Shown: positions 39,350 through 51,220, counted from the stretch's first letter. The stretch is 64,000 bases of DNA from Escherichia coli (GCF_003991155.1 NZ_CP031293.1); one strand, 5' to 3'. Notes: generated by a model from the letters alone, not told the origin. Numbers and translations: made by a program.

Positions 39350-40835
39350 GAATCACATCCTTTAATAAAACTCATTATTCGTGACCAAAAAGAGTCTTTT
39401 TTGTATATAGGGTTTTTATCGTTTAATGGTAAAGGATCGTCTGTTGGTATAACGGCTGTATTTCTTGGCCCAACATTTGTTTTAGTAAGTGAATCTTTGG
39501 AAGCATCAAACTCTACATAAGAACCATTCTTCCATGCCCCTGTTTCTGCACCTGCCGTTTTAGGATCTCCAAATGGCTCCACCTCAACGTGTACACCAAC
39601 AGGATTGCCTCTGGCAGGGTTGATAGACCCATCCTTGCTAATTCCATCAATACCCTCTGTTGAAGTATGATGTCTAACTCTAACAGTATCGTCACCAGTT
39701 AACCCTAACGGATCAATAATTTTTAGCGGATTAAATACATATCCATACAGGCAATCCCCACCTCTCAGCCCCATCGGATCAGCACACAGATACTGCCCCG
39801 TATCGCAATCATAATACCTGAATCGGTTATAGTACAGGCCTGACTCAACATCCTCGTACTGCCCCGGAAAACGTAACCGGCATGTGGGCGCATCTTCTTT
39901 ACTGATGCCTTCCTCACGCCCCCAGAGCTGCTGCTTGCCTTTCCAGACTATCAGACCCTCTTCGGTCAGCAGTTCTTGTACGCGGCCAGTTGTGTCTGTT
40001 ACCGCATAATGCAGTTGCCCCTTTTCATAACGCGCAAACGGCGTGAAATCTCCCGGCTCGTATATCCAGCGGATGGCGTTTTCATCTTCCGGTTTGCCGT
40101 CAGCGCCAACCGGAATTTCCGCCGTCAACTGGTCGCCGTTCCAGTGAAAATCCATGCCGCGTTTGTCGCGGCTGGTACAGCGCTTGCTGATGCGCCTGCC
40201 GAACGGGTCATACTTATATTCCCAGCGTTCGCCCTCCGGTGTTTCCAGTCCGGTCAACTGGCTGCGTGCATCCCATTTATAACGCCATTCCAGTGGGCGA
40301 TAACCCCCTTTATCCACCAGTTTCTGTACCAGCCTGCCGTTAACATCATATTTCCAGGTGATGTTGTGCGCATTCACCACCCGGACAAATCTCCCGTCTT
40401 CCCCTTTTCCGGTGTCCGGGTTGATGCGATGCGTCGAGTGCCGCCAGCCTTCATGTTCCCGCGATACCACACGACCATGCTGCTGTTGCTGGTGCGTCTC
40501 GCTTTCCAGTACGTTATTCACCCTGATCTGGCGACGGGTAATGTTCAGGTTTTTATCGTAAGTGAACAGCTCCTCGCACAGCGGAAACTGGCTGGAATCA
40601 CCCGTCCAGGTGGCGTGGCTTATCTGGTCGTTTGCCGTGATGGTGTTGAACATGGAGCCGCGCAGCGAGTCGGCGATTGCGGTGAGGTTATACGCTTTGT
40701 CGTAGCTTCGCTGCGTCGGGAGGTTTCCATGCCGCACAGGTCGTGCTCAAATGTCAGCGGGGCATGGTCCGCTATTCGCCATGACGTAAGATGCCCCATC
40801 AGGTCGCGGGTGAAGCGTTCTGTGATACCCTCAGC
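39346..40835 (-). pseudogene. 5'-truncated Rhs fragment B (last ~350 aa of core plus a distinct C-terminal toxin tip)
   Basis: ORF 39346-40737: ...GLYYNRFRYYDCDTGQYLCADPMGLRGGDCLYGYVFNPLKIIDPLGL then a unique ~120-aa tip. DNA 39690-40835 is homologous to 10150-11340 of the main Rhs gene, with a frame disruption near 40700-40760. Confidence 0.8.
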
Positions 40836-40850
40836 CTGTAATTTTACAGG

Positions 40851-41303
40851 TTAAATGGGGAATTTTTCTTCAATGAGCTTCAAGCCAAGTAATGCCATAT
40901 CATGAATATCTTCATCATGCGATTGAGCCGAAATTTTCAACCCGTTTACCATTCTTTTATCTGGGAAAGACATTGTTAATATAGTACACCAAAGCCTAAC
41001 GCTTTTTATTGTGTTAGGATTTTCGAGTATGTTAACGATATTTATAACAACATCATTAAAATCACACTTATAGAGAAAATCCTCAACAATTTGATATACT
41101 CCAAGACCATCACCCTCACCAAAAGATCGCAAAAATAAAGGTATTGCATCTTTATCGGGATGGGAAAGAAAGTAAATTCGTACCTCATCGTATTTATCTA
41201 TAAGATCCTGAGTAATATCACAATCCGCGGGCATTGGTTGATGTAGTGACAGGAACTCTAATGCTTCTTTTTTATTCATATTCATATATTTAATGATTCC
41301 CAA
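40851..41303 (-). CDS. Putative immunity protein for Rhs fragment A
   Basis: 150-aa ORF immediately 3' of Rhs C-terminal fragment A. Confidence 0.5.
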   Translation of the reverse strand: MGIIKYMNMNKKEALEFLSLHQPMPADCDITQDLIDKYDEVRIYFLSHPDKDAIPLFLRSFGEGDGLGVYQIVEDFLYKCDFNDVVINIVNILENPNTIKSVRLWCTILTMSFPDKRMVNGLKISAQSHDEDIHDMALLGLKLIEEKFPI

Positions 41304-41763
41304 AGTTTTTTATTCTGTCTGGCTAACTCATATAGTTGTTCAGTGATGACCTTTTTATCATAGCCTGCATTTGTTAAGATTTTTCTTAGGTCATCTATAT
41401 CCCTTTTCAAATATTGTTCTTTTGTCAAACCTCGAACAAATGCTCGTCTGAATGTCCAGGTAAGAGCATGTAAATCTTTACGCAGATTTATCGTAATTCC
41501 CTTACATTTTGTTGTGGGGCTTACCGCATCCTGAATGGCATGATGAGGTGTATGAGTTGCATTAAGCCCTGTTTTACCATTCGCATAAATTGAAGAACCA
41601 TATGTACCAACGTATAAATCTTCTCCTGGACCAGCTAACAATCCCAAGGGATCAATCCATACCAGTGGATTTGGAGCGTAATTGTAAAGGTTTACTCCCC
41701 CCGACAGTCCAATCGGATCAGCACACAGATACTGTCCTGTCTCGCAATCATAGTACCGGAACC
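41282..41763 (-). pseudogene. Rhs C-terminal fragment A, truncated at its 5' end by IS3 copy 2
   Basis: ORF 41282-41812 runs into the IS; ...YRFRYYDCETGQYLCADPIGLSGGVNLYNYAPNPLVWIDPLGL then a unique ~130-aa tip. Confidence 0.8.
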
Positions 41764-43013
<1,250 letters not shown>

Positions 43014-43016
43014 CCA

Positions 43017-43385
43017 CTACAATGAGAGCATAAGTACACCTGCCGTCATTTCTGGTACGGCAACGCCCCCCGGTGTATAAGCTGTCCCGTTAATGATGAT
43101 GTCACAGGCGGGTTTCAGGGGGGCGAGGTCGCTTTCGCGCAGTACCGGAGATGTGTTCATCTCCCCGGCATACTCATCTTCCACACACAGCGGTAGCGGC
43201 GGGTTTTCGATAAGTTGGGTTTGCCACTGACCATTTTCGTCCCGTTGCAGCCGGAAGCCCGTTTTCATGGCGATAACGCGGTGACGTTCGCTATGTTTAT
43301 CATCCATCGCATATTCTATCGCTGAAAACGGCGTCAGGTTACGAAATTCCATATTGCACCCCGATCCCGTCTGTACCTGTCGCAA
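43017..43385 (-). CDS. Hypothetical 121-aa protein (possible effector-associated adaptor); last codons now replaced by IS sequence
   Basis: MEFRNLTPFSAIEYAMDDKHSERHRVIAMKTGFRLQRDENGQWQ...; the reading frame runs 5 nt into IS copy 2. Confidence 0.5.
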   Translation of the reverse strand: MRQVQTGSGCNMEFRNLTPFSAIEYAMDDKHSERHRVIAMKTGFRLQRDENGQWQTQLIENPPLPLCVEDEYAGEMNTSPVLRESDLAPLKPACDIIINGTAYTPGGVAVPEMTAGVLMLSL

Positions 43386-43964
43386 AACATAATTCTACAG
43401 ATGGCACAGTATCCCCCTGATACAGGTAAAAACTTATTTCACGGAAACCGGCATAGCAAACTGGATGACACAATACCGGGCAAAACGATAAGTATGGTTA
43501 CTATATGAAACGGAATACTCCCGTTTCGTATTATTTTTTTTGACTGATATCAACGGGACGAATTAACTGACAGGATATTTACTGGAAAGTGTCTGCATAT
43601 TGCTCAATATATTTTTAATGGAAATGTATTCTCCATTAATATTTATGGTGTGATTGTGTTTCCCTGTGTGTCAGCTTCCGCTAAACCCCTTGCTGCAAAT
43701 TACCGATCATTGTATTGTTGCGCCGCGCCTGCAAAATCAGGCGTCGGGATTGGAACCCTGATAAGTGTTACAGGCGACATATAGCGCATTTTGCGTCTTT
43801 TTTATGTCGTGCGTCTGGCTGCATCTCAATGGTGGGCTGGACGGGGGCGTCGCAAGACGCGCCGGTTTCCTGTAACACCGGTAGTTCCAACCCCGTTCAG
43901 TTCACCACCAATGAGATTGGAACCTCTGGTGGTGGAATTACCACCCGTTACAGGAGGCTATCCT

Positions 43965-44426
43965 ATGGTTATCATCCTTTCCCCTGACTGCGACTTACTT
44001 TCCATCCCCTTCAGTGCCACCACGGATTTCACCGATCTGGCCGACTACTGCGATCGCTTCGCTGAAACCCTGATCGAATGCCACGATCCGGCGCTGAAAA
44101 TGGCGCTTTATGGCAGGATCAACGCCAGCCTTGCGCTGCTGCGTCCCTCGTTGGGCGAGCCGATCCCGCTGCACCTGATCGACCGTTTCATTGTGGACAC
44201 GCTTCCCGACGTTTCACCGCGCTTTGAACCCGGCGCAGGGCTGCTCTGTGACTACTGTCTGGCGCTGACGCAGGTATTAAGCGGGCGGTCGCTGCTGCCG
44301 GAAACCGAAACCACACTGACCGGGTTGCTGTGCGAACTGGTCTGGTATTTTGCCGCCGACCTTAAAGCGCCGCAGTGGCTGCGCACCGCTGATGGCTTAC
44401 AGGTTATTGACGGGGGGACGGTATGA
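43965..44426 (+). CDS. Hypothetical protein of the P4-like module
   Basis: ORF 43791-44426; probable start at 43965 (MVIILSPDCDLLS...) preceded by AGGAGG at 43952-43957. Confidence 0.5.
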   Translation: MVIILSPDCDLLSIPFSATTDFTDLADYCDRFAETLIECHDPALKMALYGRINASLALLRPSLGEPIPLHLIDRFIVDTLPDVSPRFEPGAGLLCDYCLALTQVLSGRSLLPETETTLTGLLCELVWYFAADLKAPQWLRTADGLQVIDGGTV

Positions 44427-44677
44427 TGCAACCGGACTGGCATCCCGCCGATATCATGGCAGCACTGCGAAAACGTGGTACGTCGCTGGCAGCGGTTTCC
44501 CGCAAAGCGGGACTGGCGTCCGCCACACTGGCAAACGCGCTGAGCCGCTCCTGGCCGCGTGGCGAAAAACTCATTGCGGATGCGCTGGAAACATCACCGG
44601 AAATTATCTGGCCGTCCAGATATTTCGATGATCAGGGCAACCGTATTGTAAGGCTCATGCGAAAGCAGTGCTCCTGA
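44423..44677 (+). CDS. Ner/Nlp-family small DNA-binding regulator
   Basis: 84 aa: ...WHPADIMAALRKRGTSLAAVSRKAGLASATLANALSRSWPRGEKLIADALETSPEIIWPSRY... Confidence 0.7.
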   Translation: MMQPDWHPADIMAALRKRGTSLAAVSRKAGLASATLANALSRSWPRGEKLIADALETSPEIIWPSRYFDDQGNRIVRLMRKQCS

Positions 44678-44826
44678 TGACAGAAGTGTCAGAAACACGA
44701 TTACAGTAAAATCAGGCTCTCCCGGCTCTCTGCCTGCTTCTGCTGGCGGAGAGCCGGGAGAAGACAAGCGAAGCGCGGCAGGATGCCATCCCGCTGTTGA
44801 TAACAGTCACAACCGGAGTCGTTTTT

Positions 44827-45099
44827 ATGCACATGTTTAATCCACCCCATCCGGGTGACGTCCTTCGCGATTATCTGGACGGCGTGAGCATCACGCAGGC
44901 CGCTTCCCGGCTTCAGGTATCGCGCTCGCGGTTATCCCGTATCCTCAATGGACATGCACCAGTGACGGCTGATATGGCGCTACGTCTGGCGGCGCTGCTG
45001 AATACCCGCGCTGAACTGTGGACGGGGATGCAGTCTGAGTATGGCCTCTGGCAGGCGTCACAAAAACCACGACCCGTTATCCGGTCATTGCGGGGTTAA
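44827..45099 (+). CDS. HigA/VapI-like HTH (XRE-family) protein
   Basis: MHMFNPPHPGDVLRDYLDGVSITQAASRLQVSRSRLSRILNGHAPVTADMALRLAALL...; no partner toxin ORF found. Confidence 0.65.
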   Translation: MHMFNPPHPGDVLRDYLDGVSITQAASRLQVSRSRLSRILNGHAPVTADMALRLAALLNTRAELWTGMQSEYGLWQASQKPRPVIRSLRG

Positions 45100-45864
45100 C
45101 TCAGCATTTTACATTCACAAATACACGATAAAATCAGGGGGAAAACCAATATCCAGAAAAATGAGTTTCCCCTTTCTGCGCCAGAAATAACGGTGTAATC
45201 TCCCTCCTGCATTGTCGCCTTCGGGCACCCTTTGGCTTCATGGTCTGCAAGAAGCCCCTGATTTATCAGGATGACCAGCCCTTACTACCGGTACGACCTC
45301 CGCAATACCGGAACGCGAAAGCGTTTGAGGCTAAGAGTACATACACCCGAACGGCTTCATCGTCATTGCTTAACGGCAACAGTCTTCACCGGCTGAACGG
45401 CTTTTCTTTGCCGGAATTTCCCGACTGCCCCATACCCAGCTGAAAACAGCGCCCTTTACATGACGGGCTGCGGCCTGCATTGCCGTCAGGCTTTGCTGCC
45501 GCGTGACCGTCATTCTGCACCAGAAACGCAACGTTTACCCCCTGCACCAGATGAGGCGTCACTTTGGTCGCGCCAGCGAAAAAGCAAAGTGACGCCGTAC
45601 AACATACCGCCGCAAGCCGCGCCAGTTCTGGCCTGCGTCCTGTTTCCGCCGTCTGACATGCCCTTTGGGGCGCTGTCAGTCCAGAGTAAAGGAGAAAAAG
45701 ATCGATACCGAGGGGGGCACGACGCCCCGGAGATACCCCTGCTTCGTCAGGCAGTCTGTACCGCGTACAGCCTGAAACTCCCTAAACCTCAACAATCAGC
45801 CACTCCGGCGTGAAGGTATCGTTCTGGCGCAGCCAAAAAGCACACGCCGGAGACTGTTTGTTTT

Positions 45865-46767
45865 TTGTTGCAGGGGGTAGTTATGAGCAAATTAAGCAGT
45901 GAAATGAAGGCGCTGGCGAAAAAAGCAGGCGGTAGTTTCAGAACGGTGGACTACCGTATCCATGCCACGAAGCGGTTCAGTCAGCATTTACGCGAACTGA
46001 ATATTCAGATCCAGCGGGTGGAGCAGATCAAAGTTCGCCATATCGAATGCTATATTCAGGAGCGGCTGGAGCAGGATATTGGCCTGCGCACGCTGCAAAA
46101 CGAAATGGCGGCGCTGCGGGCCGTGCTGAGGCTGGCGGGACGCCGGCAGGTGGTGGAGCATCCGCGCCTGACCAATAAGGCGCTGGGGCTGTCAGGTGCT
46201 TCGCGCAACGGCACGCGTCGCGCCATCACGCCGGAACATTATGAAAAAGTGATGGAGAACGCCCGCGCACAGGATGCGGGGCTGGCGGCAGCGGTGGAGA
46301 TCGCGCGACTGATGGGATTACGCTCGCAGGAGGCGGTACAGAGTTCACAGTCGCTGAAAACGTGGCTGAAAGCCATTTCCCGCGGCGAAACCCGGCTGAA
46401 AGTGGTGTTTGGCACCAAAGGCGGGCGTCCGCGTTACACGACGCTCCTGGACGCTGGCGCAGTCAGGAAGGCGGTGGAAAACGCATTACCGATCGCCAGA
46501 CAGCGCAATGGCAGGCTGATCGACAAGCCAGACCTTAAAACGGCGCTGGAGAGCTGGCACAAACAGGCCATTAAGGCGGGGCTGAAAGGGGAATTTTCCC
46601 CGCACTCGCTGCGTTATGCGTGGGCGCAGGACGCGATCCGCCATTATCTGGCGCAGGGATTCAGCGAAAAGGAATCGCTGGCGCTGACGGCGACGGATCT
46701 GGGTCATGGCGACGGTCGCGGCCGCTGGGTGAAACAGGTGTACGGCTACCGCTGGAAGGAGGAATAA
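45865..46767 (+). CDS. Integrase-like protein (putative tyrosine recombinase domain)
   Basis: 300-aa ORF; C-terminal ...FSPHSLRYAWAQDAIRHYLAQG...VYGYRW has an R/H/Y arrangement suggestive of a recombinase catalytic region. Start may be MSKLSSEM (45883). Confidence 0.45.
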   Translation: MLQGVVMSKLSSEMKALAKKAGGSFRTVDYRIHATKRFSQHLRELNIQIQRVEQIKVRHIECYIQERLEQDIGLRTLQNEMAALRAVLRLAGRRQVVEHPRLTNKALGLSGASRNGTRRAITPEHYEKVMENARAQDAGLAAAVEIARLMGLRSQEAVQSSQSLKTWLKAISRGETRLKVVFGTKGGRPRYTTLLDAGAVRKAVENALPIARQRNGRLIDKPDLKTALESWHKQAIKAGLKGEFSPHSLRYAWAQDAIRHYLAQGFSEKESLALTATDLGHGDGRGRWVKQVYGYRWKEE

Positions 46768-46841
46768 CGGCTTTCATGAATGGCGCAAAATAGTACGTTA
46801 CTGCGTAACGACAGCGATTTATCGTACCCTCTGTACCGGAT

Positions 46842-47520
46842 CTGGCGCAGGGGGCGAGCGGGTTTGTATTGTGAAAATATCGTTACAGCATGACGAATAA
46901 ATATCAATAGCTCAGATTTTCCTGCTGAACCAATGTAGCTCGCCGGAATATTATAGTGATTACCCGGTAATCACTCGAAACGATCCCGATTAATAGCTGG
47001 TGTTTCAATCGTTTTACCGATATTACAGGTACAGGGTCGGGAAATTTTAAAATGTAAACTCACCGAGGCATCACATTAATTCTGGCGCAGGATTATATCT
47101 GAATAATTCTCTCTGTGTTTTCCTGCATCCTGTGACATATATTGCATGGTCACAGAATGTCTCATGATTTTATAAAAAATGCTGCGACGGTTTTTGACAT
47201 CATAACCTGCTGCATATAGATTAATAATTTTCGGTGCTTCATGTTATTTTTTTGCGCTCTGTGATCGTTATCTGGTGGTGAAAATACAATCTGGTGCAGA
47301 CTGTCATGGTGCATTTCTGAATAAACTGGTTGCGCCAGAAAGGGAAAGGGCCATAAAGGTTAAGGGGCGATAAGGGTAACAGCGCCTGACCGGAAAGGGC
47401 CGAAAACCAAAGAGCCAGAAACTGGCGCAGTCCTGAATGTGTGAAGTGGCGAGACGCTGGCGCAGATAACCGATCTTCCGGGGCTGGTGCAGATTATTTC
47501 GTCTCTGTATATCTGGTGCA
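46842..47520. repeat. Iteron-like direct repeats CTGG(C/T)GCAG (at least 7 copies) in a 1.2-kb non-coding region
   Basis: Copies near 46842, 47082, 47291, 47422, 47455, 47483, 47512; short palindromes at 46964-46982 (gtgattacccggtaatcac) and 47129-47155. Confidence 0.6.
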
Positions 47521-47625
47521 GTTATAATATGTATCAGGGAAGGCTGTCCGGTATTTTATGACGCCTCTTTTAGAGTATATTAATTGGTATTTCCGTGAAA
47601 ATATCGCTTATTGATAGTTTTTCAT

Positions 47626-47655
47626 CTTCCGTGATTAACGCGTTAATCACGGAAG
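47626..47655. promoter_or_regulatory. Perfect 30-bp palindrome (operator-like) upstream of the integrase
   Basis: cttccgtgattaacgcgttaatcacggaag; followed by a second inverted repeat acctatcaa(N11)ttgataggt at 47662-47690. Confidence 0.55.
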
Positions 47656-47841
47656 ACTGTTACCTATCAAAAAAAGATATATTGATAGGTAACGGTCAAA
47701 TTTTATTTGGGGCCAAATAATTGTAGATACTTTCCGATTGGTAATAAAAAAGAACAACGGCAATACCTCTCAATACAAAAAAGCAGATCCCGGCCAATCA
47801 GGATCTGCTTTTCCATTTTAATGATTTCAGCTATTTATGAC

Positions 47842-49104
47842 TCAGGCTGCCTTATGCTGCCGCGCATAAATATACGGCGCGACATACCCCTCGCGGCACA
47901 CATCCAGATAATCCGACCACCACTGCATCATGGCCTTTCTGGCCTCCAGATGCTCCGCTTTATGCACATAGGCCGCCCGCACGCTGTTACGCTCCTAGTG
48001 GCTCATTTGCCGTTCCACCGTATCGCGTGACCAGAGATCCGACTCTACCAGGGCGCTACAGGCCATTGCGCGAAGTCCATGTCCGCACACATCGGTTTTC
48101 GTATCATACCCCATCAGGCGCAGCGCCCGGTTGGTTGTGTTTTCGCTCATTGGCTTGTACGGGTTATGGTCGCCGGGGAATACCAGATCCAGATGGCCGG
48201 AAAGCTCCTGTATCTGTTTCAGAATGGCAATCGCCTGGCGGGAGAGTGGCACGATATGCGGACTACGCATTTTTGCGCCACGCCCCGAAAACCGTACTTT
48301 GTCGATGGCCTCGCGGGTGGCGGGGATGGTCCAGATTTTGTGCCTGAAATCAATCTCGCTCCAGCGGGCGAAACGCAGTTCGCTGGAACGGATGAACAGG
48401 TGCAGTGTCAGCACCACCGCCAGCCGGGTTAACTCCCGGCCCTGCCGGTAATCGCCAATACGATCGAGCAATTCAGGCAACCGCTCCAGCGGTAAAGCGG
48501 GATAGTGATTCTTGACGGGAGAGGCGACTACACCATCCAGATGCTGCGCCGGGTTGCTTTCGGTCAGTCCCTGCTGAACGGCATAGCGCATGATGTTGCT
48601 GAGTTGCTGCCGGGTTCGGGACGCGACTTCCAGAAAGCCCTTATCCTCAATAACCCGCAGCAAAGCCGTGAAATCCTGCGTTTTAAGCGCAGCAACGGGC
48701 AGATGACCAATCGCCGGGAAGATATGGTTTTCCATACTGGCGAGAATACGGGCGGCATAATCAGCCGACCATTTTTTGTTGGTTTTGTGCCAGGCCAGCG
48801 CCACCGCCTTAAAGCACTTTTCAGGGGAGCAGGCGGATTTCTCTGCCATACGCTGTTGCGCCGGGTTGATATTCTGCGCCAGTAGCTTGCGGATACCGTC
48901 GCGCTGTTGCCTGGCTTCTGCCAATGAGACAAGCGGATATGCGCCAAGACTGACTCTGGATTCTTTTCCGTTGAAACGATATTTGAGATACCAGATGCGT
49001 GAACCACCCGGATTGACGAGCAGATACAGACCCTGAGAGTCGGAGAGTTTTACCGGACGGGAAGAAGACTTTAACTTGCGGATTTTAGAATCGTTTAAAG
49101 ACAT
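47842..49104 (-). pseudogene. P4-type integrase with an in-frame amber codon before the catalytic tyrosine
   Basis: ORF 47995-49206 ends ...VERQMSH at TAG (47995-47997); the same frame continues ERNSVRAAYVHKAEHLEARKAMMQWWSDYLD... to 47842. The integrase at 6227-7513 has CAG (Q) at the equivalent codon. Adjacent to tRNA-Asn. Confidence 0.8.
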
Positions 49105-49265
49105 TTGGGGGTCACTCCAGAATCGAACCAAACTGACCCCAGATCTGACCACCAAATTATCCCGATGCGGAGAGAAAATTAGATACGCACCGGGAAGGAT
49201 TTTCACGCTAACTTACTGAATCGTAAACAAATAGAGACGCATAGATAAGCATGAAAACTTGAATT

Positions 49266-49341
49266 TGGCTCCTCTGACTGGACTCGAACCAGTGACATAC
49301 GGATTAACAGTCCGCCGTTCTACCGACTGAACTACAGAGGA
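49266..49341 (-). tRNA. asnW: tRNA-Asn (GTT)
   Basis: Reverse complement is identical to the tRNA-Asn at 6009-6084; lies between the integrase and yeeO. Gene symbol from recalled K-12 synteny. Confidence 0.9.
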
Positions 49342-49354
49342 ATCGTGAGAACGA

Positions 49355-49385
49355 GGCGAATATTAGCGACGCTCATCCACAATGT
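49355..49385 (-). promoter_or_regulatory. Sigma70-like promoter for tRNA-Asn (minus strand)
   Basis: Minus-strand reading ctttgacattgtggatgagcgtcgctaatattcgcc: TTGACA, 17-bp spacer, TAATAT. Confidence 0.5.
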
Positions 49386-49441
49386 CAAAGCCTGTTTTTT
49401 AAATTTGAAATCGTTTGCTGAAATAATCTGCACTTTGTCGT

Positions 49442-50929
49442 TTATTCCGACACAACTGGCTTTTTTTCACACTTTTGCGGCTCAGGTCGAGGATATTTCC
49501 ACAGCCAACGTCCAGTAACCATTCGCCAGTAAAACAGCACGGCCCGCACAGCCCAGTCGGCAAACATTCCCATCCAGACACCAACTACACCCCAGCCAAG
49601 CATGATTCCCAGCACATAACCGACTACAACCCGGCAACCCCACATGCTCAACATAGAAACCCACATGGCGTAACGTGCATCGCGAGCACCCTTAAATCCA
49701 GCGGGTAGCACCCATGAGGCAGACCAAATAGGCATAAATAAAGCATTTAGCCAAATCAGAATCACAACGACATGTTTAACCTGTGGATCCTGGGTGTAAA
49801 ACGATGCCATAACCCCGGCAAAGGGAGCCGTTAGCCAGGCGATGGCCGTTAATCCAAGAGTGGACAGCCAGAACACATGCCGCAACTGAATCTCTGCTTG
49901 CGCTATCTGCCCTACCCCCAACCTTCGGCCTGTAATGATCGTAGAAGCAGAGCCGAGCGCACTTCCGGGTAAGTTGATAAGAGCCGCAATTGAAAACGCG
50001 ATAAAATTTCCGGCAATAACACTGGTCCCCATCCCGGCAACGAACATTTGGGTTAATAACCGACCACTGGTAAATAACACTGATTCGACACTCGCTGGAA
50101 TACCAATCCCCATGACTTCCCAGATAATGCTAAAATTCAGCGGGTTAAAATAGCTCTTTAACGAAATTCTTAGCGCAGGATTAAAACCAATCGCCAGCAC
50201 CCACAAAATTGCAACTGCGCCAATATAACGAGAAATGGTTAAACCCAACCCAGCCCCGACAAATCCCAGTCCCGGCCAGGAGAAAAGGCCGTAAATCAAT
50301 ATGCCGCTAATAATAATATTAAGAATATTCAGGCTACCGTTAATCAGTAGCGGTATTTTCGTATTCCCTGCACCACGAAGTGCCCCGCTACCAATCAAAG
50401 TGATGGCAGCTGCTGGATAACTGAGTACCGTCAGCTCCAGATAAGTCAACGCCAGTGCTTTAACTTCTGTCGTGGCATCACCCGCGACGAAATCAATAAT
50501 TTGTTCGCCAAAATGATGAATAAGCGTTGCCAACAGTACGGCAAACAACGTCATGATCACCAATGACTGCCGCGTCGCCACCCTCGCTCGTCGTCGATCC
50601 CGCTTACCGAGACAAAATGCCACAACGACAGTAGTACCAAGATCGATAGCAGCAAAAAAAGCCATAATGACCATATTGAAGCTGTCCGCCAATCCCACGC
50701 CGGCCATCGCATCTTTTCCCAGCCAGCTGACCAGAAAAGTGCTCAGGACCCCCATCAACAGGACACAGGCATTCTCCATGAAGATAGGAACAGCAAGCGG
50801 GGTTATCTCGCGCCAGAACAACACTTTGTAGCTCTTGCGTTTAGCGTGCCAGCGAGTGCCGTGAACAACCTGGCGTAAAGCAGAGGAGATATTCAAAGCC
50901 GACCTTAATTGCAGAAAGTGAAACCACAT
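49442..50929 (-). CDS. yeeO: MATE-family efflux transporter
   Basis: ORF 49442-51088; probable start at MWFHFLQLRSALNISSALRQ (50929); multiple transmembrane segments. Confidence 0.8.
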   Translation of the reverse strand: MWFHFLQLRSALNISSALRQVVHGTRWHAKRKSYKVLFWREITPLAVPIFMENACVLLMGVLSTFLVSWLGKDAMAGVGLADSFNMVIMAFFAAIDLGTTVVVAFCLGKRDRRRARVATRQSLVIMTLFAVLLATLIHHFGEQIIDFVAGDATTEVKALALTYLELTVLSYPAAAITLIGSGALRGAGNTKIPLLINGSLNILNIIISGILIYGLFSWPGLGFVGAGLGLTISRYIGAVAILWVLAIGFNPALRISLKSYFNPLNFSIIWEVMGIGIPASVESVLFTSGRLLTQMFVAGMGTSVIAGNFIAFSIAALINLPGSALGSASTIITGRRLGVGQIAQAEIQLRHVFWLSTLGLTAIAWLTAPFAGVMASFYTQDPQVKHVVVILIWLNALFMPIWSASWVLPAGFKGARDARYAMWVSMLSMWGCRVVVGYVLGIMLGWGVVGVWMGMFADWAVRAVLFYWRMVTGRWLWKYPRPEPQKCEKKPVVSE

Positions 50930-51045
50930 TTCAAATAATGAGGGAGAATCAGCAAAGCTGCAAAGATTTTCGCCAACAAATTGTCTGCAAATGCAACAAA
51001 CTGTTGATAGAAACGGCAAACGGTTGGGAAATTTAAAAATCGGGT

Positions 51046-51073
51046 TTGACAAAAGATTTTTCGCCGTTAAGAT
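51046..51073 (+). promoter_or_regulatory. Sigma70-like promoter for tRNA-Asn
   Basis: TTGACA (51046-51051), about 16-bp spacer, TAAGAT. Confidence 0.5.
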
Positions 51074-51089
51074 GTGCCTCAACAGCAAT

Positions 51090-51165
51090 TCCTCTGTAGT
51101 TCAGTCGGTAGAACGGCGGACTGTTAATCCGTATGTCACTGGTTCGAGTCCAGTCAGAGGAGCCA
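51090..51165 (+). tRNA. tRNA-Asn (GTT)
   Basis: Identical 76-nt sequence; upstream context yeeO (asnU-like), downstream context ldtA (asnV-like) by recalled K-12 order. Confidence 0.95.
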
Positions 51166-51171
51166 AATTCA

Positions 51172-51199
51172 AAAAAGCCTGCTTTCAAGCAGGCTTTTT
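51172..51199 (+). terminator. Rho-independent terminator after tRNA-Asn
   Basis: aaaaaagcctgctttcaagcaggctttttgc. Confidence 0.7.
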
Positions 51200-51220
51200 G
51201 CTTTCTAATTACCAACGCTC

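Noticed and set aside
43017-43385. The 121-aa ORF as a truncated N-terminal fragment of a larger DUF2169-like adaptor gene
   Set aside because: Removing the IS and one copy of the ATG flank gives a natural TAA stop one codon past the boundary, so the gene was probably already about 121 codons long. Its family assignment remains uncertain.
44423-45099. The Ner-like and HigA-like genes as a HigB/HigA toxin-antitoxin pair
   Set aside because: The upstream 84-aa protein has a Ner/Nlp-type DNA-binding signature rather than a RelE/HigB toxin fold, and there is no small toxin ORF in the 150-bp gap.
45240-45813. ORFs 45240-45443 and 45460-45813 in the P4-like module
   Set aside because: Pro/Arg/Ala-rich translations with no start context or ribosome-binding site, lying in a GC-rich intergenic stretch upstream of the integrase-like gene.
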